Shown one piece after another: positions 1-13,610 of a stretch of 64,000 nt of DNA (position 1 is its first letter; each line of letters starts with the position of its first letter). Source of the DNA: Botryllus schlosseri (taxonomy: Eukaryota); contig CM119371.1 in the NCBI GenBank assembly GCA_051294905.1, positions 40,798,001 through 40,862,000 of the forward strand. Reading direction: 5' to 3'. A model generated the notes under the pieces. That model searched no databases and was not told the DNA's origin. It saw only the letters and a list, made by a program, of their open reading frames with translations. The position numbers and the translations under genes are program-made.

Positions 1-830
1 GCTCTGTGGTAAACTAATTACCAAAATATTACATTGTCAACGATCGGCATGTATGTAACAGCGAGTCGCGAGCGATGGTTATGTCTTAGGTATTATCTTG
101 TGAGCGATCGCGGGATTTTACCAATATTTCACACCTTTTTGGAGTGTTAGTCTGTGAACGCGGTTATTGTTGGTATTCGAATCGCCGTCTACGCCGGTTT
201 TGTGGTAAACTAATTACCAAAACATTACCATGCGGTCGATTCCTAGATTTAGCAAACTATTTCACACCCTTTTTTGGTGAAAGTACGACATGCCGCCCGC
301 AGTCTATAAACGAAAGTACGAATCATCGCCGCATCCATAAGAATAACGATATATTAAAGTCGCACTCGCCGTAAACGTTAGGATTAACTCGAATCGGTCA
401 TATATAATAATTTGGGATATACAGATTAACTAAGAGTCAATCACGTGACTATTTACTTGATACATATTCAACACCGTGCCGCCGCCGCCTATACCCACAA
501 CGTTAGTCAAATCATCTCTACCTGAAAGGTCACCATGTCACCGCGCCTATACCCGAAAAGGTAACCATGCCGCCACGAGTTTTCACGGCACCGTGCCGCC
601 ACAGCCTATACCCGAAAAGGTAACCATGCCACCACGAGTTTTCACGGCACCGTGCCGCCGCAGCCTATACCCGAAAAGGTAACCATGCCACCACAGCCAT
701 AAGACACAATGGCACCGTGCCACCGCACCCATAAGAGATAAGGGTCACCGTGCCACCACGAGTTTCTCGGCACCGTGCCACCGCACCCATAAGAGCCCCA
801 GGCACCCCCAGACCGATTTATATAACTACT
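1..830. mobile_element. Right end of a further Polinton-family element (runs off the window start)
   Basis: Ends in ...TATATAACTACT at 830, the same terminus as elements A and B. 310-800 resembles C's right TIR (35550-35940). 100-280 resembles A's core (37455-37620). The left end and TSD partner are outside the window. Confidence 0.85.
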
Positions 831-1228
831 AATGTGTTCCGATATCAATATTTAAAATGCATTTCTTCACCTGAATACTGCGTTAAGACGAACGGTATTG
901 GTAATAGTCGAAGGAAGTCTGATAACTGATAATGACGAAACGTGAGTTATCTACGAAGGGGCTGTGTTCAACAATGCCCAAATTGCCCATGTTTTACACA
1001 CATTAGTGTTATAATAGATTTTTCGGTGATTCATTTTATAGTGTGACAAATTTCCAAAAAATTGGATTTAATTGAACTCATTTTGTTGCAAGCCCATTTT
1101 ATTCTATGTTTCATACAGTCGTGAAGCAATGACATAGTGGCGACCCTGGTCTCCAGTATGGTGTTATGATAGCGAGAGACGCTATCGATTTCTAGTTGTG
1201 CATATTCTCCTTATTTAATAGGTCGAAG

Positions 1229-1253
1229 CGGGACCTACGATATCGTAGGCCCC
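1229..1253. repeat. 25-bp palindromic micro-insertion flanked by 8-bp direct repeats
   Basis: GGTCGAAG (1221-1228) + CGGGACCTACGATATCGTAGGCCCC + GGTCGAAG (1254-1261). Confidence 0.6.
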
Positions 1254-2177
1254 GGTCGAAGAATTAATTATTGGTATTGACGTGAATTTGGATGAGTTGA
1301 AACTTTACATTGTGAAATTTGTAAATGCAAATCGAAGTTTTTTTCTTCTAATTTTGTGATGGCACGAGCTCAATACCGCTAACCTATACAGCGCCCGTTC
1401 AAGCGGATGCAACGTAGTTGTCTAATGAATGGGACATCGACCTTCATTCCGTCATACTGAGTAGAGTGCAAACATATGCTGTGTTTCCAGAGTGCACAGT
1501 TACGTTTGGTGTTTGCAAGATCGCGAGTGAAACGTGTTCAACCGCAAAGCAATTAATTTCGGATTTGTTAGTCGTGTAAGCATTTGATTAATGCCATTTC
1601 GTGACAGGTGCCAACTTTACGGACGAATAGGTTTAAATTATTTTTGATTCTAACAGTTCATCATTGGTTTATTAGCAATTTTTATCAGTTCAATACACCA
1701 CAAAAATGCGATACAATGAAAAGACAGGAAGTTTATATCTCAATTTTCATGACAAAAAGTGCGTGAGAGAAAACCAGAATTTTACTATGAACGTCCCTTC
1801 GTAAATTATTTCTGTGGTTCGGAGTCATTTCAGGATTGGGTATGGAAGGCAAGCAGACACACTGACGAAATATGCGGATTACATAAGTAGTCACCACGCT
1901 GATCGGTTATTTGGTAGCATTTTACACCCAGATCTTAAACCATAGATTTAGCGCGAACGTTCGCCTTTTGTATGCCAACCGCCATGATGTTCGGAAAACA
2001 ACCATAGTAGGCTTCCACATTGAATAAAGAATCTGAATTTTCGGAATATACGGTAATCTTAACAATCGAAATGATTGAATTTTAAAATCCTATCACTCGC
2101 TAAATCACGGTGACATCAAAGTCGCGATGCTGCATTTGTATATGATTGACTAATCGAGAAAGTTTGTGTAGTTTAAG

Positions 2178-3977
2178 AGAGGTGGTCAAAGTAGTCAAGA
2201 AAGCTACTCAAGTAGAAGTAGAAGTAGCGAAGAAAAATCTACTCAAGTACAAGTAGAAGTACTTCTTCCGTAAGCAACCTAAAACTACTTGAAGTAGAAG
2301 TACTTTTTACTGACTTTAAATCTACTCAAGTAAGTAAGTAGTTTCAGAAAAGTCAAATATACGCTCTCGTTGACTGTCTATAAAACTAACTCTTAAGATG
2401 ACGATTCTGTCACTCAAATGAGGTGTCAGATCATTGATACACAACCACACCAATGTTCAATGAATGCAACTTCTTTGTTTCGATTTGAAGATGTACTTAT
2501 TTGAACAGCTTCCTGGAGGTACAGAACTTCAATACACAATTGAATAGTATATTCATATTGAAATGAACCCGAGTATTATGCCTAGGAGTCGACTTTTATC
2601 TAAATACACCAGCCAAGGCTGTGTTAACAAAAGGAGTTCGTGTACTATCTAAAAATAGTACATTTAACGCTCTCATGTTCGGAATTTCATGCTGGTCATG
2701 TCATATTTTGTGATACGATTGTTGATAAACTATGTTCTTTTGAATTTTCTGCTACAGTGGTTCTCAACCTATATGTCTTTGCGGACCATTTCTGGACCGT
2801 CATGGATCCCTGTGGACCTCCTCAAATTTAAGTTCAAATTTAGCTTAATTTAATCTATCTTGTGCCATAATTAACTGTAGGCTAGTGATAAATAGCAGTA
2901 AATGACTTTTCTTCTAATTAACAACATACAATATGTAGAAATAGGATAGACCCTTTAGTATCTTAAATCGAACTCCACAGCTGCATTTCTTAAAATAGGT
3001 GGTCGTGTATCGAAAATCTACGAGTTCAATTCGATATTACCGTGTGCCGAAGTTCTATTTCAACGAATATTGATGGTGACGAATATTAACATGAAACGCT
3101 TCCCACGACACCTTTGGGTATCGCAACATTCATGATATTACATGACAACTCACTCACCTAAAGTGAGAAACGGATTTTTCAATGAACGTCAAACCTAGTC
3201 ATTTCTATCTAGCAGCTCATCTTGAAGTTGTTTTTAGCAGTTAAGAAGCGAAACTCCTCATTTCTCCCTTTGATTAAAAAATTTAAAATAAGGTTATCAA
3301 TCATTTTGCAAATTTGGTTTGGTTGAGAACCGCTGCTCTAACTTAATACATTTCTACTCAACTCTCACAAATATGGTTAGAACGATCAATGAATGTGAAA
3401 GCGAACAGCTACTTCTATCCATCGCATACAGTGTAAGAGCAATAAATGGGATGGGAAACCCTACACAAGAGTGCCCATTAAACATGACAGCCCGCGAACC
3501 CATGCTCCTGAACCACTGCGTGCGAAGTTATGCTTATCACACTTAACTGTAAGTCAGCAGCAAGTTTTCCAAACCACACCGAGAAAGACCAATACCCCGC
3601 CAAAAAAACGACATGTGCGAAGCACTGCAGCAGTGGAGTGGAGATAAGATGAATGTCCTCAATGTCACGATGGTTTGACACGTGAGTTTTTGTTTCGTCA
3701 TAATCGATATCAGGATGCTCAGTCAGGTGTGATGTATATTACGCAGCGCGTGTTTTGTGATGACTGGACGACCTCGACGTAACGGAAATGACCTTACCGT
3801 AGCATAATACTTCTACTTGACAAACTGTAAATAGCGAAAAGTAAGTAAGTCACTGCATTTTGTGAAGTAGAAGTAGAAGTAGCGAAAGTCAGATCTACTT
3901 GAGTAAGTAGTACAAGTAGAGCAAAACTACTTGAGTACTTCGAAAAAGTAGAAGTACTTCGTTACTGACCACCTCTG
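2178..3977. mobile_element. Non-autonomous hAT-like element with AAGTAGAAGTA/CTACTCAAGTA subterminal repeats
   Basis: TIR AGAGGTGGTCA...TGACCACCTCTG. 8-bp TSD AGTTTAAG at 2170-2177; the right copy is split by the piggyBac-like insert. Empty site at ~53155 and ~59740. Confidence 0.8.
2755..3335. mobile_element. Old hAT/Charlie-like MITE nested in the previous element
   Basis: CAGTGGTTCTCAACC...GGTTGAGAACCGCTG inverted ends; TSD not convincing. Confidence 0.45.
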
Positions 3978-3984
3978 AGTTTAA

Positions 3985-4900
3985 CCCTTTTAATGGGGGG
4001 TCAGATTTTGCAGAACTGACCATCCCTTTTCAAATTCATACCGTGACCTCAACAAAACCTTAATCTTAGCTGTTCCAGTTTAAAAGTGGCCGGAGTATAG
4101 CCGTCTACCGTTTCCACCCTCGGTCGACACCCCATGTCATGTCTAGGGTTCTTTATACGACTAAATATACAAACTTTCTCTCTGAAAAATCTCTTTCTCT
4201 CTCTCTCATTTTCCCCGACTGACCCCTAGGATAGCGTCAGAGAGTCAAAAATGATGCCTCAGTGCGTAGCCACCGTTGCCTGGTTTCAAACAAGCCGTCA
4301 ACCATGACCGTAAACCGCGCGGCTGGCCAGATATCGAAAAATCAATATTACATGAAAAATTTACATATGGGCGTGGTCAGTGAGTGGTCATAATGGTCAA
4401 GTTCAAGATCGTGGTATACTTTCTCTTGTCATATCCCATTATTTGCAGACATAGTAAACCAGTTTATGACTCATTTTCCGTCTTGAAATTGGACTTGAAC
4501 TTGGCTATGTTCTTGAAAATCACTGAAGCGTGACCACAATTAACAAACCCCCTCAGAAAACTCCCCAGAACAAGGTTTGATGTTCCAAACGGTGATAAAT
4601 CACACAGAGTACCGTACAAGTCGACTTTTTATGTTCTGGCAGAATTTCTGACTATATTTCCCACTCGGAAAATATCTGGAAATTTTAGGCATGGGTATTT
4701 TCAGCCGAACTCTTCATGTAAGATCGTCGGTATTCGAAAATTTTCATGCCCTATACCTTCAAATTATGTATCATATAAATCAAAAGATAGCAGGCTTTCC
4801 ACAGACACCAAAAGCAGTTCGCTACGACATATATCTTTGGAGAAATTTAGAGATGAACTTGAACTTGGGTCACCAGTGACCCCCCCCCCCATTAAAAGGG
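3985..4900. mobile_element. piggyBac-like MITE
   Basis: TTAA|CCCTTTTAATGGGGGG...CCCCCCATTAAAAGGG|TTAA; absent from tandem copies 2 and 3. Confidence 0.85.
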
Positions 4901-6050
4901 TTAAGAAGACGTATATTTATACCGTGGCTTTGACGATTTTCACTCTATTTCAATGGTGCATGCGACACCTAAAAATATATCACATGTGGCTGTACTAAGG
5001 CTTCTCAACAATAACCTTTTTTCCGGATTCCGGGTAGTTTTTAAACCAAAGCTTTCATCTGTAGTAATATCGCTTGCACGGGTTAGAAGTTAGCAAAATG
5101 ATTTTTAGTTATACATCTTTCTCTTTTGCAGCTCAAATATTTCATGGGGTTGACAGTAAAATTTGAAGACATTTTTTTTTAATAAAATTAAAACTGTAAA
5201 TTGACTCTGCCGCGGCACCGCCTTTGGCTGGTTTTGTTTTTAGTTTTGTTTTGGTTTATGCATTCATTTTTGAACAACCCTACTGTACGGTGTACAATAC
5301 GCCGCTAGCTAATACCGAGCAGATTGTCGTTAACAATGGGCATTCGGATATACATTTGAATTTCATACAGTAAAGTGCGAATGGGAAGACTAGTTTCGGC
5401 GGTAAAGTTGACGCGCACAACTCGGGGAGCCAAAGTAAATTCTACCAAACAATGTAAGGAATTTCAGTAGAAGTGAGTAAAATATACATGTACCTATGGA
5501 ACAGCCGAGGATTTTGTTAAGTTAAAGTCTCTAAAATACCCAGGGTTGAGGTGAAAGTGTTCGCTTACATGTCCGTTTATAGTTAGAAAAGTCAAATTCG
5601 AAAAATTGAGACTTCCTCTCGATTGGTATCGTACTCACATATCTGTTTACCTAAAACCGACACATTTAGGAATGTAACTTTAATCACGAGTCAAAAAACT
5701 AGCGAGACTTTTTACTGCCACAAAATTATTACGCACCAATGGATGTTCTAGTAATTTCAAATAAATTTGTTGATTCAGTCATCAATTATGTAAAGAGTGG
5801 TACAGCATCATTTACTGGAGAGTGACATTTATAGTGCTGTTTGCCGACGATCGGCGTGTGTATATATTATTAATGAGGAAGTGTTTTTTTCTTTGTAGTC
5901 TCGTAGAAGGTACATATTTGAACCTCGCTCATCACCAATACTATTCGAGACTGACCTTTCGCGTATGATTTTGGTAAATATTTAATATCCATATATAATA
6001 TTCATTTGGTCACCACGCTATTTAGTATTTTAGTTTCCCGCTAATATAAC

Positions 6051-6627
6051 TATAGATAACTAACCTACGGATAGATAGCCAACAGCCGTCGTCACGCTTG
6101 CTTGCTCGGAGGAAAATACTGCTCAGCAATCAGAACTCAACGTAATTGCCAATCCCATTGCTTACGACCCTAGCGCTCAAATTGAATAAAGTTTATCTTA
6201 TTTGAACGCTACTGTCGCACTGATTCCGAAAATATACATTCAAATCCGATCGGGGCAATGGAACCGCCTCGAAATACACCTCAAAGTCTGAAAATGGGCA
6301 TTGTTCTGAACAATCGAGGACACGCAAGGGTTATTGTTATGGTCATTGTGGTGCGTCCATACGATTGTCTGGAACAATGCCGATTTTCAGACTTTGAACC
6401 CTATTTCGGGCTGGTTCTTTTGCCTTGACGAAAGTTTAATGTATATTTTCGGAGTCAGTGCGACAGTAGCTTTATAATAAGATCAACTTTGTTTAATTTG
6501 AGCGCTCGGGTCGTCAGCTATGGGATTGGCAATTACGTTGAGTTCAGATTGCTGAGCAGTATTTTCCTCCGAGCAAGCAAGCGTGACGACGGCTGTTGGC
6601 TATCTATCCGTAGGTTAGTTATCTATA
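6051..6627. mobile_element. Foldback (almost fully palindromic) MITE, possibly Mutator-like
   Basis: ~265-bp inverted arms TATAGATAACTAACCTACGG...CCGTAGGTTAGTTATCTATA. Flanking duplication ATATAAC (7 bp, or 8/9 match if read as 9 bp). Empty site at ~54555. Confidence 0.8.
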
Positions 6628-8070
6628 ATATAACACTATGAGAAGGTGACGATTACCTGTTCAAAAACTGCACGTAGGGACGATCGATATTGTGGTGTTA
6701 AAGGTATTTGCACACTTTTGCACACAGTGAAACCCAAATTTTTGTTTGAGAACCATTTAGCTAAGCCGACTCTAAGCCTAAACCGATGTTTCACCCTAAC
6801 TCAGTGGTTCCTAACCCTTTTCACACTGTTACCCCCAAGAAGAAAATGACAGGATGTGATTACCTCTTTTCAAAAAATAACAAGTTAAAGCAGGCACTCA
6901 ATTAATTGTAAAACAACACAAAGTGACGTCAGTAGTTATATAGATCGGTCGTGACCTGGCAGGGGCTCTTATGGGTGCAGCGGCGATTCGCCTGGAAACT
7001 CGTGTTGGCATATCGCGCTTTTAGACCCCCCCCTCTCGGTCGCGATTCGCCATGTGTTCTTATGGGTGCGGTCGTGATTCGCCTTTTCGGGTATAGGCCG
7101 CGGTTGTGATTCGCCGTGAAAACTCGTGGTCGTGACTCGCCGTTTTTGCTATAGGCGGTGGCGGTGATTCGCCTGTCGTGTATTCTTACGGGATCTGTGG
7201 TGATTCGCCATGTGTTCTTACGGGCGCGGTCGTGATTCGCACTTTCAGACATCTCTCGCGAGTAGTTATGTAGATCGGTCGTGACCTGGCAGGGGTTCTT
7301 ATGGGCCCGCTCGCACGGTGCCTCGAAACTCGTGTTGGCACGGTGACCCTTTTGACCCCCCCTATCTCTCGCACGGTGCCATTGTGTCTTATGGAGCCTC
7401 TCACACGGTAACCCTTTTCGGTATAGGCATCTCTCACACGGTGCCTCGAAAACTCGTGTTGGTGAGTCGTACTTTCAAGTATAGGCATCTCTCGCACGGT
7501 GCCGTTGTGTCTTATGGAACCTCTCACACGGTAACCCTTTTCGGTATAGGCATCTCTCACACGGTGCCTCGAAAACTCGTGTTGGTGATTCGCCCTTTCG
7601 GGCATCTCTCGCGCGGTGTTGAATATGTACGAGTCACCAACAATAACCGCGCAAACGGAAACGTGGTTTGTCGTGAGGATTAAGCAGTGCGTGCGACCTA
7701 TATTTCGAATGACCTGTGCGCTGAATTATTTCTCGTCCAGCCGCTACTATCGATTATTACACTATTCCATTCAGTGCGAAATAGTTTGATCGTAAATTAT
7801 GATATATGATGTCGTAGTTTAGTCGTATCAAATGACCGATCGTGTTCTCTCTTTCCTCGCTATTGATTGCTACCTGAATAATATTTTCGGTTTATTCACT
7901 GTTTCGCGCCTACAAAATAGTCTGCTGTTCATAGTCACAGATTCATCGCGATAGCACAATTTTCACACCTCGATCAGTAGAACAACACCGCGCTAACCCA
8001 GTTGTCGAATCACATAGGTCATACATTTACGTGAAATGAAATATTGTATTGCGATATACAAATATGCAAA

Positions 8071-8706
8071 CTATTCTTTCAATTCGACAAGTCTAGTTAA
8101 CTGATCGATTTTCAATCTGCCGACACAGTTTTTAACACGAGTGAGTTGATATTTCTTCCCGGGTACGAGCGAGGCTTTGTTCCATTGATCCAAAACCACC
8201 TCACCAGTATCATCCTTCAATGTAAAACTGTGTAATTTCAACTCCTTTCCGGCACCAGAATTGACCATCTTCTCCTCTCGAGAAACACAAGTAGCGGCGA
8301 TCGAGACGTATTCATCTTTATTTCCGTATACCGATTCACAGGTCAATAATGGGTATTCTTCAGTCGTATGTCTCGATTTTCCATGTAGAGTTACTGACGA
8401 AGCCCGTCCCAGTAATACAGCGGGTTTTCCAGTAAATTTATCAATTTGAACCCAACCGGATTTGACCATGAGTTTTTTTCGTTTGGTGAATGCTTTCTCA
8501 ATGTTCCCGAACAAATCACGATTGAAACACGTGAAAGATATCTCTTCGTTATTGCCATCGATGAATATACCTTTGAGATATTGGCTAACGCCACCTCTTT
8601 TGGGTGATGAGACGAATTTGACGCCGACGTGAAAATTTGAAGTTGCTCCGACTTGCATAGTGTTGACGCTGTTCGATGTCATATCGTTTGATAAAGTGGG
8701 AGTCAT
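8071..8706 (-). CDS. Tandem OB-fold protein, RPA/SSB-like (element B, left arm, intact)
   Basis: 211 aa. IDGNNEEISFTCFN and LKDDTGEVVLDQWN resemble the D-x-[ST]G-x-I-x-x-T-x-[FW] turn of RPA-type OB folds. Near-identical to 21280-21915. Confidence 0.7.
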   Translation of the reverse strand: MTPTLSNDMTSNSVNTMQVGATSNFHVGVKFVSSPKRGGVSQYLKGIFIDGNNEEISFTCFNRDLFGNIEKAFTKRKKLMVKSGWVQIDKFTGKPAVLLGRASSVTLHGKSRHTTEEYPLLTCESVYGNKDEYVSIAATCVSREEKMVNSGAGKELKLHSFTLKDDTGEVVLDQWNKASLVPGKKYQLTRVKNCVGRLKIDQLTRLVELKE

Positions 8707-8762
8707 CAGTGTAACTCACTACACAAATCAAGTTGAATCGTATTTGAATGTATTGATTCGAC

Positions 8763-9275
8763 TAGGGCTGGGCACAATGATTCGAGTACTCGAATCTGAA
8801 TCGAGTATTAATTTTAATGATTCGAGTCGAGTAGTAAAAGACGATTTTTCGAGTACTGAAATTATACGCTCCTCACCACTGAAAGTTGATTTATCAACGA
8901 TCAACGAGTTTATGCTAATTTCACTGTTGAAGCCTTGAAGCCTTGGTTGGCCGTATCGTAGCATGCGAAACATGAATTACAAAGCTACGAACGTTACTGG
9001 AAATAGCACATTTCCGAAGTCATGATCATCCCACAATATTGTCACCAAGTGCAATGAAATCGGTATGGTCGAAAAAAATAACAAAGTATCCCTAATATGA
9101 TGGATAACAGGCATTATATTCTTTGTGGTCGCTTAAAAGGTACATATTTGAACTTTGACAAATAATATTCTGATATGACGTCATAATGAGTGATACTCGA
9201 TTACTCGACTCGACTCGAAGCATTTTACGTGATTCAGAATCGAATCACTCAGGTACTCGATTTTGCCCAGCCCTA
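8763..9275. mobile_element. 513-bp hAT-like MITE, left arm of B only
   Basis: TIR TAGGGCTGGGCA. 8-bp TSD GATTCGAC at 8755-8762 and 9276-9283. Empty site at 20023-20030. A second family copy lies at 50590-51103. Confidence 0.92.
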
Positions 9276-12200
9276 GATTCGACCCAACTCAAATCCTATT
9301 AACGCGATCTGTTGAATCGAACGTAACCTGAATATTACTGACGCCAACATTCACCCTCATCGGATCATTCACACATTCCACGCCGCTGTTTTAACACTTA
9401 TAGAATCAATACCAACTATCTCTGACCCGATATTATTCAATCATTTTGGTAATTTGCCAACTTTAAATCCATTCGCGGGATGTACTAAAGGTAAATCCAA
9501 ATAATCCAGAATGAAATATTTGGACTTTGACATTGCGTGAATTGAAATAGGTTTGACAAACATGACTACCAACTTTGATCCAGCCACATTTCAAACTCAA
9601 AAGAATTATTCACAACATTAACAATTGTTAAAAATCTAGTTTCACTTACTTGATTATATCATTACAACTCACAAATTTGAATTAATTCATCCTGGTTGTA
9701 TTCGTATGCTCTATCTTTTTATTCAATTGTAAAGGTAGTTACTATTTTGAAGACAAAGTATTTACTAATCGGCGCATATACGATTTGACTTGGACATTTT
9801 ATATTTTGAGTATACGAGATTTGAATGTCTGAACAATAACTGAGAATTAATTTATCACAAATAAATCCGTATATTACAGCGTAAAAGATATTGGGGTGTC
9901 AGCAACTCTGTACGGTCGTAGTTACAACCACATTAACTAATCTACCCAGGCAACTCGTCATGATCATTCCTGAAATCAACACAAACACGACCACTGACTT
10001 GAGTTAACCGCGAAATACCATCAAGTTTTAAATCCGCTTGCAGCTGACGGATTATTCGAATGCATCGATGGGGAATATTATTGAACTCGTCGGTATTGTT
10101 ACTTCAACAAATTACACCGACTGCGAAAGTTAATATCGAATGGTAAGACTTGATCACATATTTGTTGATCACAGACATGACGAAAAAACATTACCGAGAT
10201 TTTATAAACTAGTCATATTACTCTACACATCTATCAATATCAAAATGCGAGTCATCCAATTTTTCTACTAAAGTAACATTGCACTTTCGGATTCGAATTC
10301 GGTATAGTCACACAAATTGTATTAAATCCAACATCAAAACAAAAGGAATTTTTTAGTTTATTGAAATCAAATCATTCGTCTTCGACTTGTGCTTTTCTAG
10401 ATTACCCGCGACAATTCGTTTCGAGTGAGTTGTAACCAAAGTCAAGATATCTTTGTGTCCACAGATATGGAAGATGAATATAGCTAACACAATCACGAAT
10501 CGACGTTTCAGAGTATTTCACGGTGTAATAAACTTGTTAGTGTCACCTATCTAAAAGTACGCACGCGTTCGATTTCCATACCGACTGTTGCGATGTTTAG
10601 GATTCACTTACAATAACCACGGGTGAGGATTTAACATCAATGTCGTTACTGTCGGAATTCGCGACAGAGAATTGAAACATATGCACTTTACAGAGTGTGA
10701 AAATATCACTTTGAGTATCGAGTACCGTTCGAAGCTAGCGATAAATTCTTAATCATTTCAGTAACTCCCCATTGTGCGTGCTAAATGTAAAATATCGCAA
10801 GGTTATACACTCTAAGACTTTGATTATCGTAAAAGTAAATTGTGATATGTTTGTTAGATGCATCCAATTCAACTAGAAGTGTCTAGTATCCAACACTCGT
10901 AATATCAAAAAAGTACTTGCTACACTGTTATTTGCTAAACGTGTTTTGCATTGTTGTTCATTTCTAGTATTGATTGAAATTGTTTTTGAACCCTCAAATA
11001 ATAATTCCCGACATGAAACTAAGCCGCCGAAAGTCGTTACCATCACAAAGAAACAATTTGCACGATGTTTACTAAATGTATCCTATAGTTAGGTGTACTG
11101 GAATTATTTGTAAAACACACACACACACACACACACACGATCAGAGAAATTGGAAATTTTTCCGTTGTCATTCGCTAAAGTAAATGTCATCACAATACTC
11201 TGTCACTAAAAGACGTTACTTGGACGTGCTTGAATTCTAGACATAGTTCTGATTTACCCAACACAAGACCCAAGGACAACCCTATTTCAGCCGAACACAG
11301 ATATCCAAAATATCACACACTTCGCTATTCCTAAAGCACAAACACACGATACAAAATAATACTTGTTGTGTTGTTGCGGCATCATCACTCAACAATATCA
11401 CCCTCAATACAAATGATGTTTATGTGTAACATGCTATTGATTTGAACCACACCCACCTGACGGAAGAGGATTTACTCAATCTTTACAAAACGGATATTGA
11501 CCAACATCACATCACCGGATTGTATCTGTTTCGCTGGATACGAGTTATGTTAGTTTAACAGTAAACAAATTTCACCCTCTTGGATTATGAACTCAATGCG
11601 TTAGCAGTCATTCAATATTTTGTTTGTGTCAACTAGTTACTTGGTATGTTACTCCACAACTCTTACAAAAGTACGAAGGATATTAACATCGCATTAAGTA
11701 ATTAACTTTACTCGATATTCTCGCATTACGAAACTAAAGAATGGTTGGTTAGACTCTACAAACTGTTTCGATATCACAAGACCTTTATTGTCTGAATGGG
11801 TGTTCATGTGTCTTAAGAACCAAATAGTTCAACACAGCACTAGTACCAACAGAAACATCAGAGTTGTTTACACAAAAGTTTGTATGCGTGCAGTATGCGA
11901 ATACCATGTGTAAGTCCAGCACAATTGTGGTATCCATCCGGGTTTAGTTAACACAATTTACGACACCGAGGTCACCACATCTTTCGTAAGACAACAAACC
12001 AACCAAGGTTTCAGGATATGTCCGTGTCATAGCAATAAATCAGCTACTCCAACAACAGAGTACATATGTTTTCTAGTTACGGCGCTTACATCTTACACAC
12101 AAATCAATCTACTTTGCTAACAAAAAGTGCTGGGTCATCAAGTGATTACCCTAACAACAAAACAGCTAAACGTACTATCATACAAAATGGCCGTTATAGT

Positions 12201-12859
12201 CACCAACGGTACATGGTACAAGTAACAAGTCTCGAGAATCCAGTTATTGAAAAAACATGAAAGTGTTTCTCCTGCGCCAAGTCGTTATGTTGACGAAAGC
12301 GTATATTGTAATATCATGATCGATTTGCATTCGTTGGTCACAAAATGTCACTACTCTAAATAATTATTTTTCACTCAAACACAAACGCATACTTGTCGCC
12401 AATCGTTTTCATCAAGCACGAGTTCAAGAAACCTGCTACGACATGAATTGTTATTTTTTTATGTTGTGTAAATAGGTAATAATTAATTTTAGTAACACTA
12501 TATCAACATCATCTAGTTGCGCGAATAGATTTACACGTGGTCTTGTGGTTTTAATCGAAGTACACAGCGCGGTCTAACGCGGAGTCATCTCTATTGTACA
12601 GCAACTCGGAAATCGAAATGCATGCATTAACATTTAAACAGCGATCGTGTTTCGTCACGCGAAAAATATGTTCACCACCGCGATACTCTGCACAGGGCGT
12701 GCAAATCCTTTTCACACTCGTAATAGTATACCAACGGCTACCGGCGACAACGTTTAACAATACCAACGACACTAAACATACGATACCTACCCAAGTAAAA
12801 TTTCCATTTTCACCTGGAGGTCAGCCGTTACCTGACTAAAAATACCATTGTCCATTGGA

Positions 12860-13610
12860 GATTTATCGTTTACCCAGTGTAACAATCCCCTTTTCACTTG
12901 GAAATATATTTTTGACCTGGATAACAAACCCCTTTTCACTTGGAAATCTATTTTTGCCCTGTATAACAAACCTTTTTCACTTGGAAATATATTTTTTCTC
13001 TTGGTAACAAACCTTTTTCACTTGGAAATATATTTTTTCTCTGGGTAACAAACCCCTTTTCCTTTGGAAATCTATTTTTTCTCTGGGTAACAAACCTTTT
13101 TCACTTGGAAATATATTTTTTCTCTGGTTAACAAACCTTTTTCACTTGGAAATATATTTTTTCTCTGGGTAACAAACCCCTTTTCCTTTGGAAATCTATT
13201 TTTTCTCTGGATAACAAACCTTTTTCACTTGGAAATATATTTTTTCTCTGGCTAACAAACCTTTTTCACTTGGAAATATATTTTTTCTCTTGGTAACAAA
13301 CCTTTTTCACTTGGAAATATATTTTTTCTCTGGTTAACAAACCTTTTTCACTTGGAAATATATTTTTTCTCTGGTTAACAAACCTTTTTCACTTGGAAAT
13401 ATATTTTTTCCCCGGGTAACAAACCTTTTTCCCTGAGCAACAAACCATTTTCACTTGGTGGTCCGTCGTTTACCCGAGTAAAAATATCATTTTCCTTTAG
13501 AGATCCGGCGTTTACCCAGTGTAACAATACATTTCCACTTGGAAATCTGTCATTTACCTGAGTACCAATACCGTTTCACTTGGAAATCTATCATTTTCCT
13601 GGGTAACAAT
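12860..13610 (+). repeat. 41-bp minisatellite in the left arm of B
   Basis: Unit AACAAACCTTTTTCACTTGGAAATATATTTTTTCTCTGG(G/T)T, period 41 (13081 to 13122), degenerate at the edges. Confidence 0.9.

Noticed and set aside
6929..7683. ORFs of 107-146 aa in the TIRs (also 476-848, 20201-20386, 36922-38025)
   Set aside because: They arise from GC-rich subterminal repeats, overlap on both strands and have no protein motifs.
12860..13610. CRISPR-like regular repeats
   Set aside because: Head-to-tail 41-bp units with no unique spacers, no cas genes and a eukaryotic context; this is a minisatellite.
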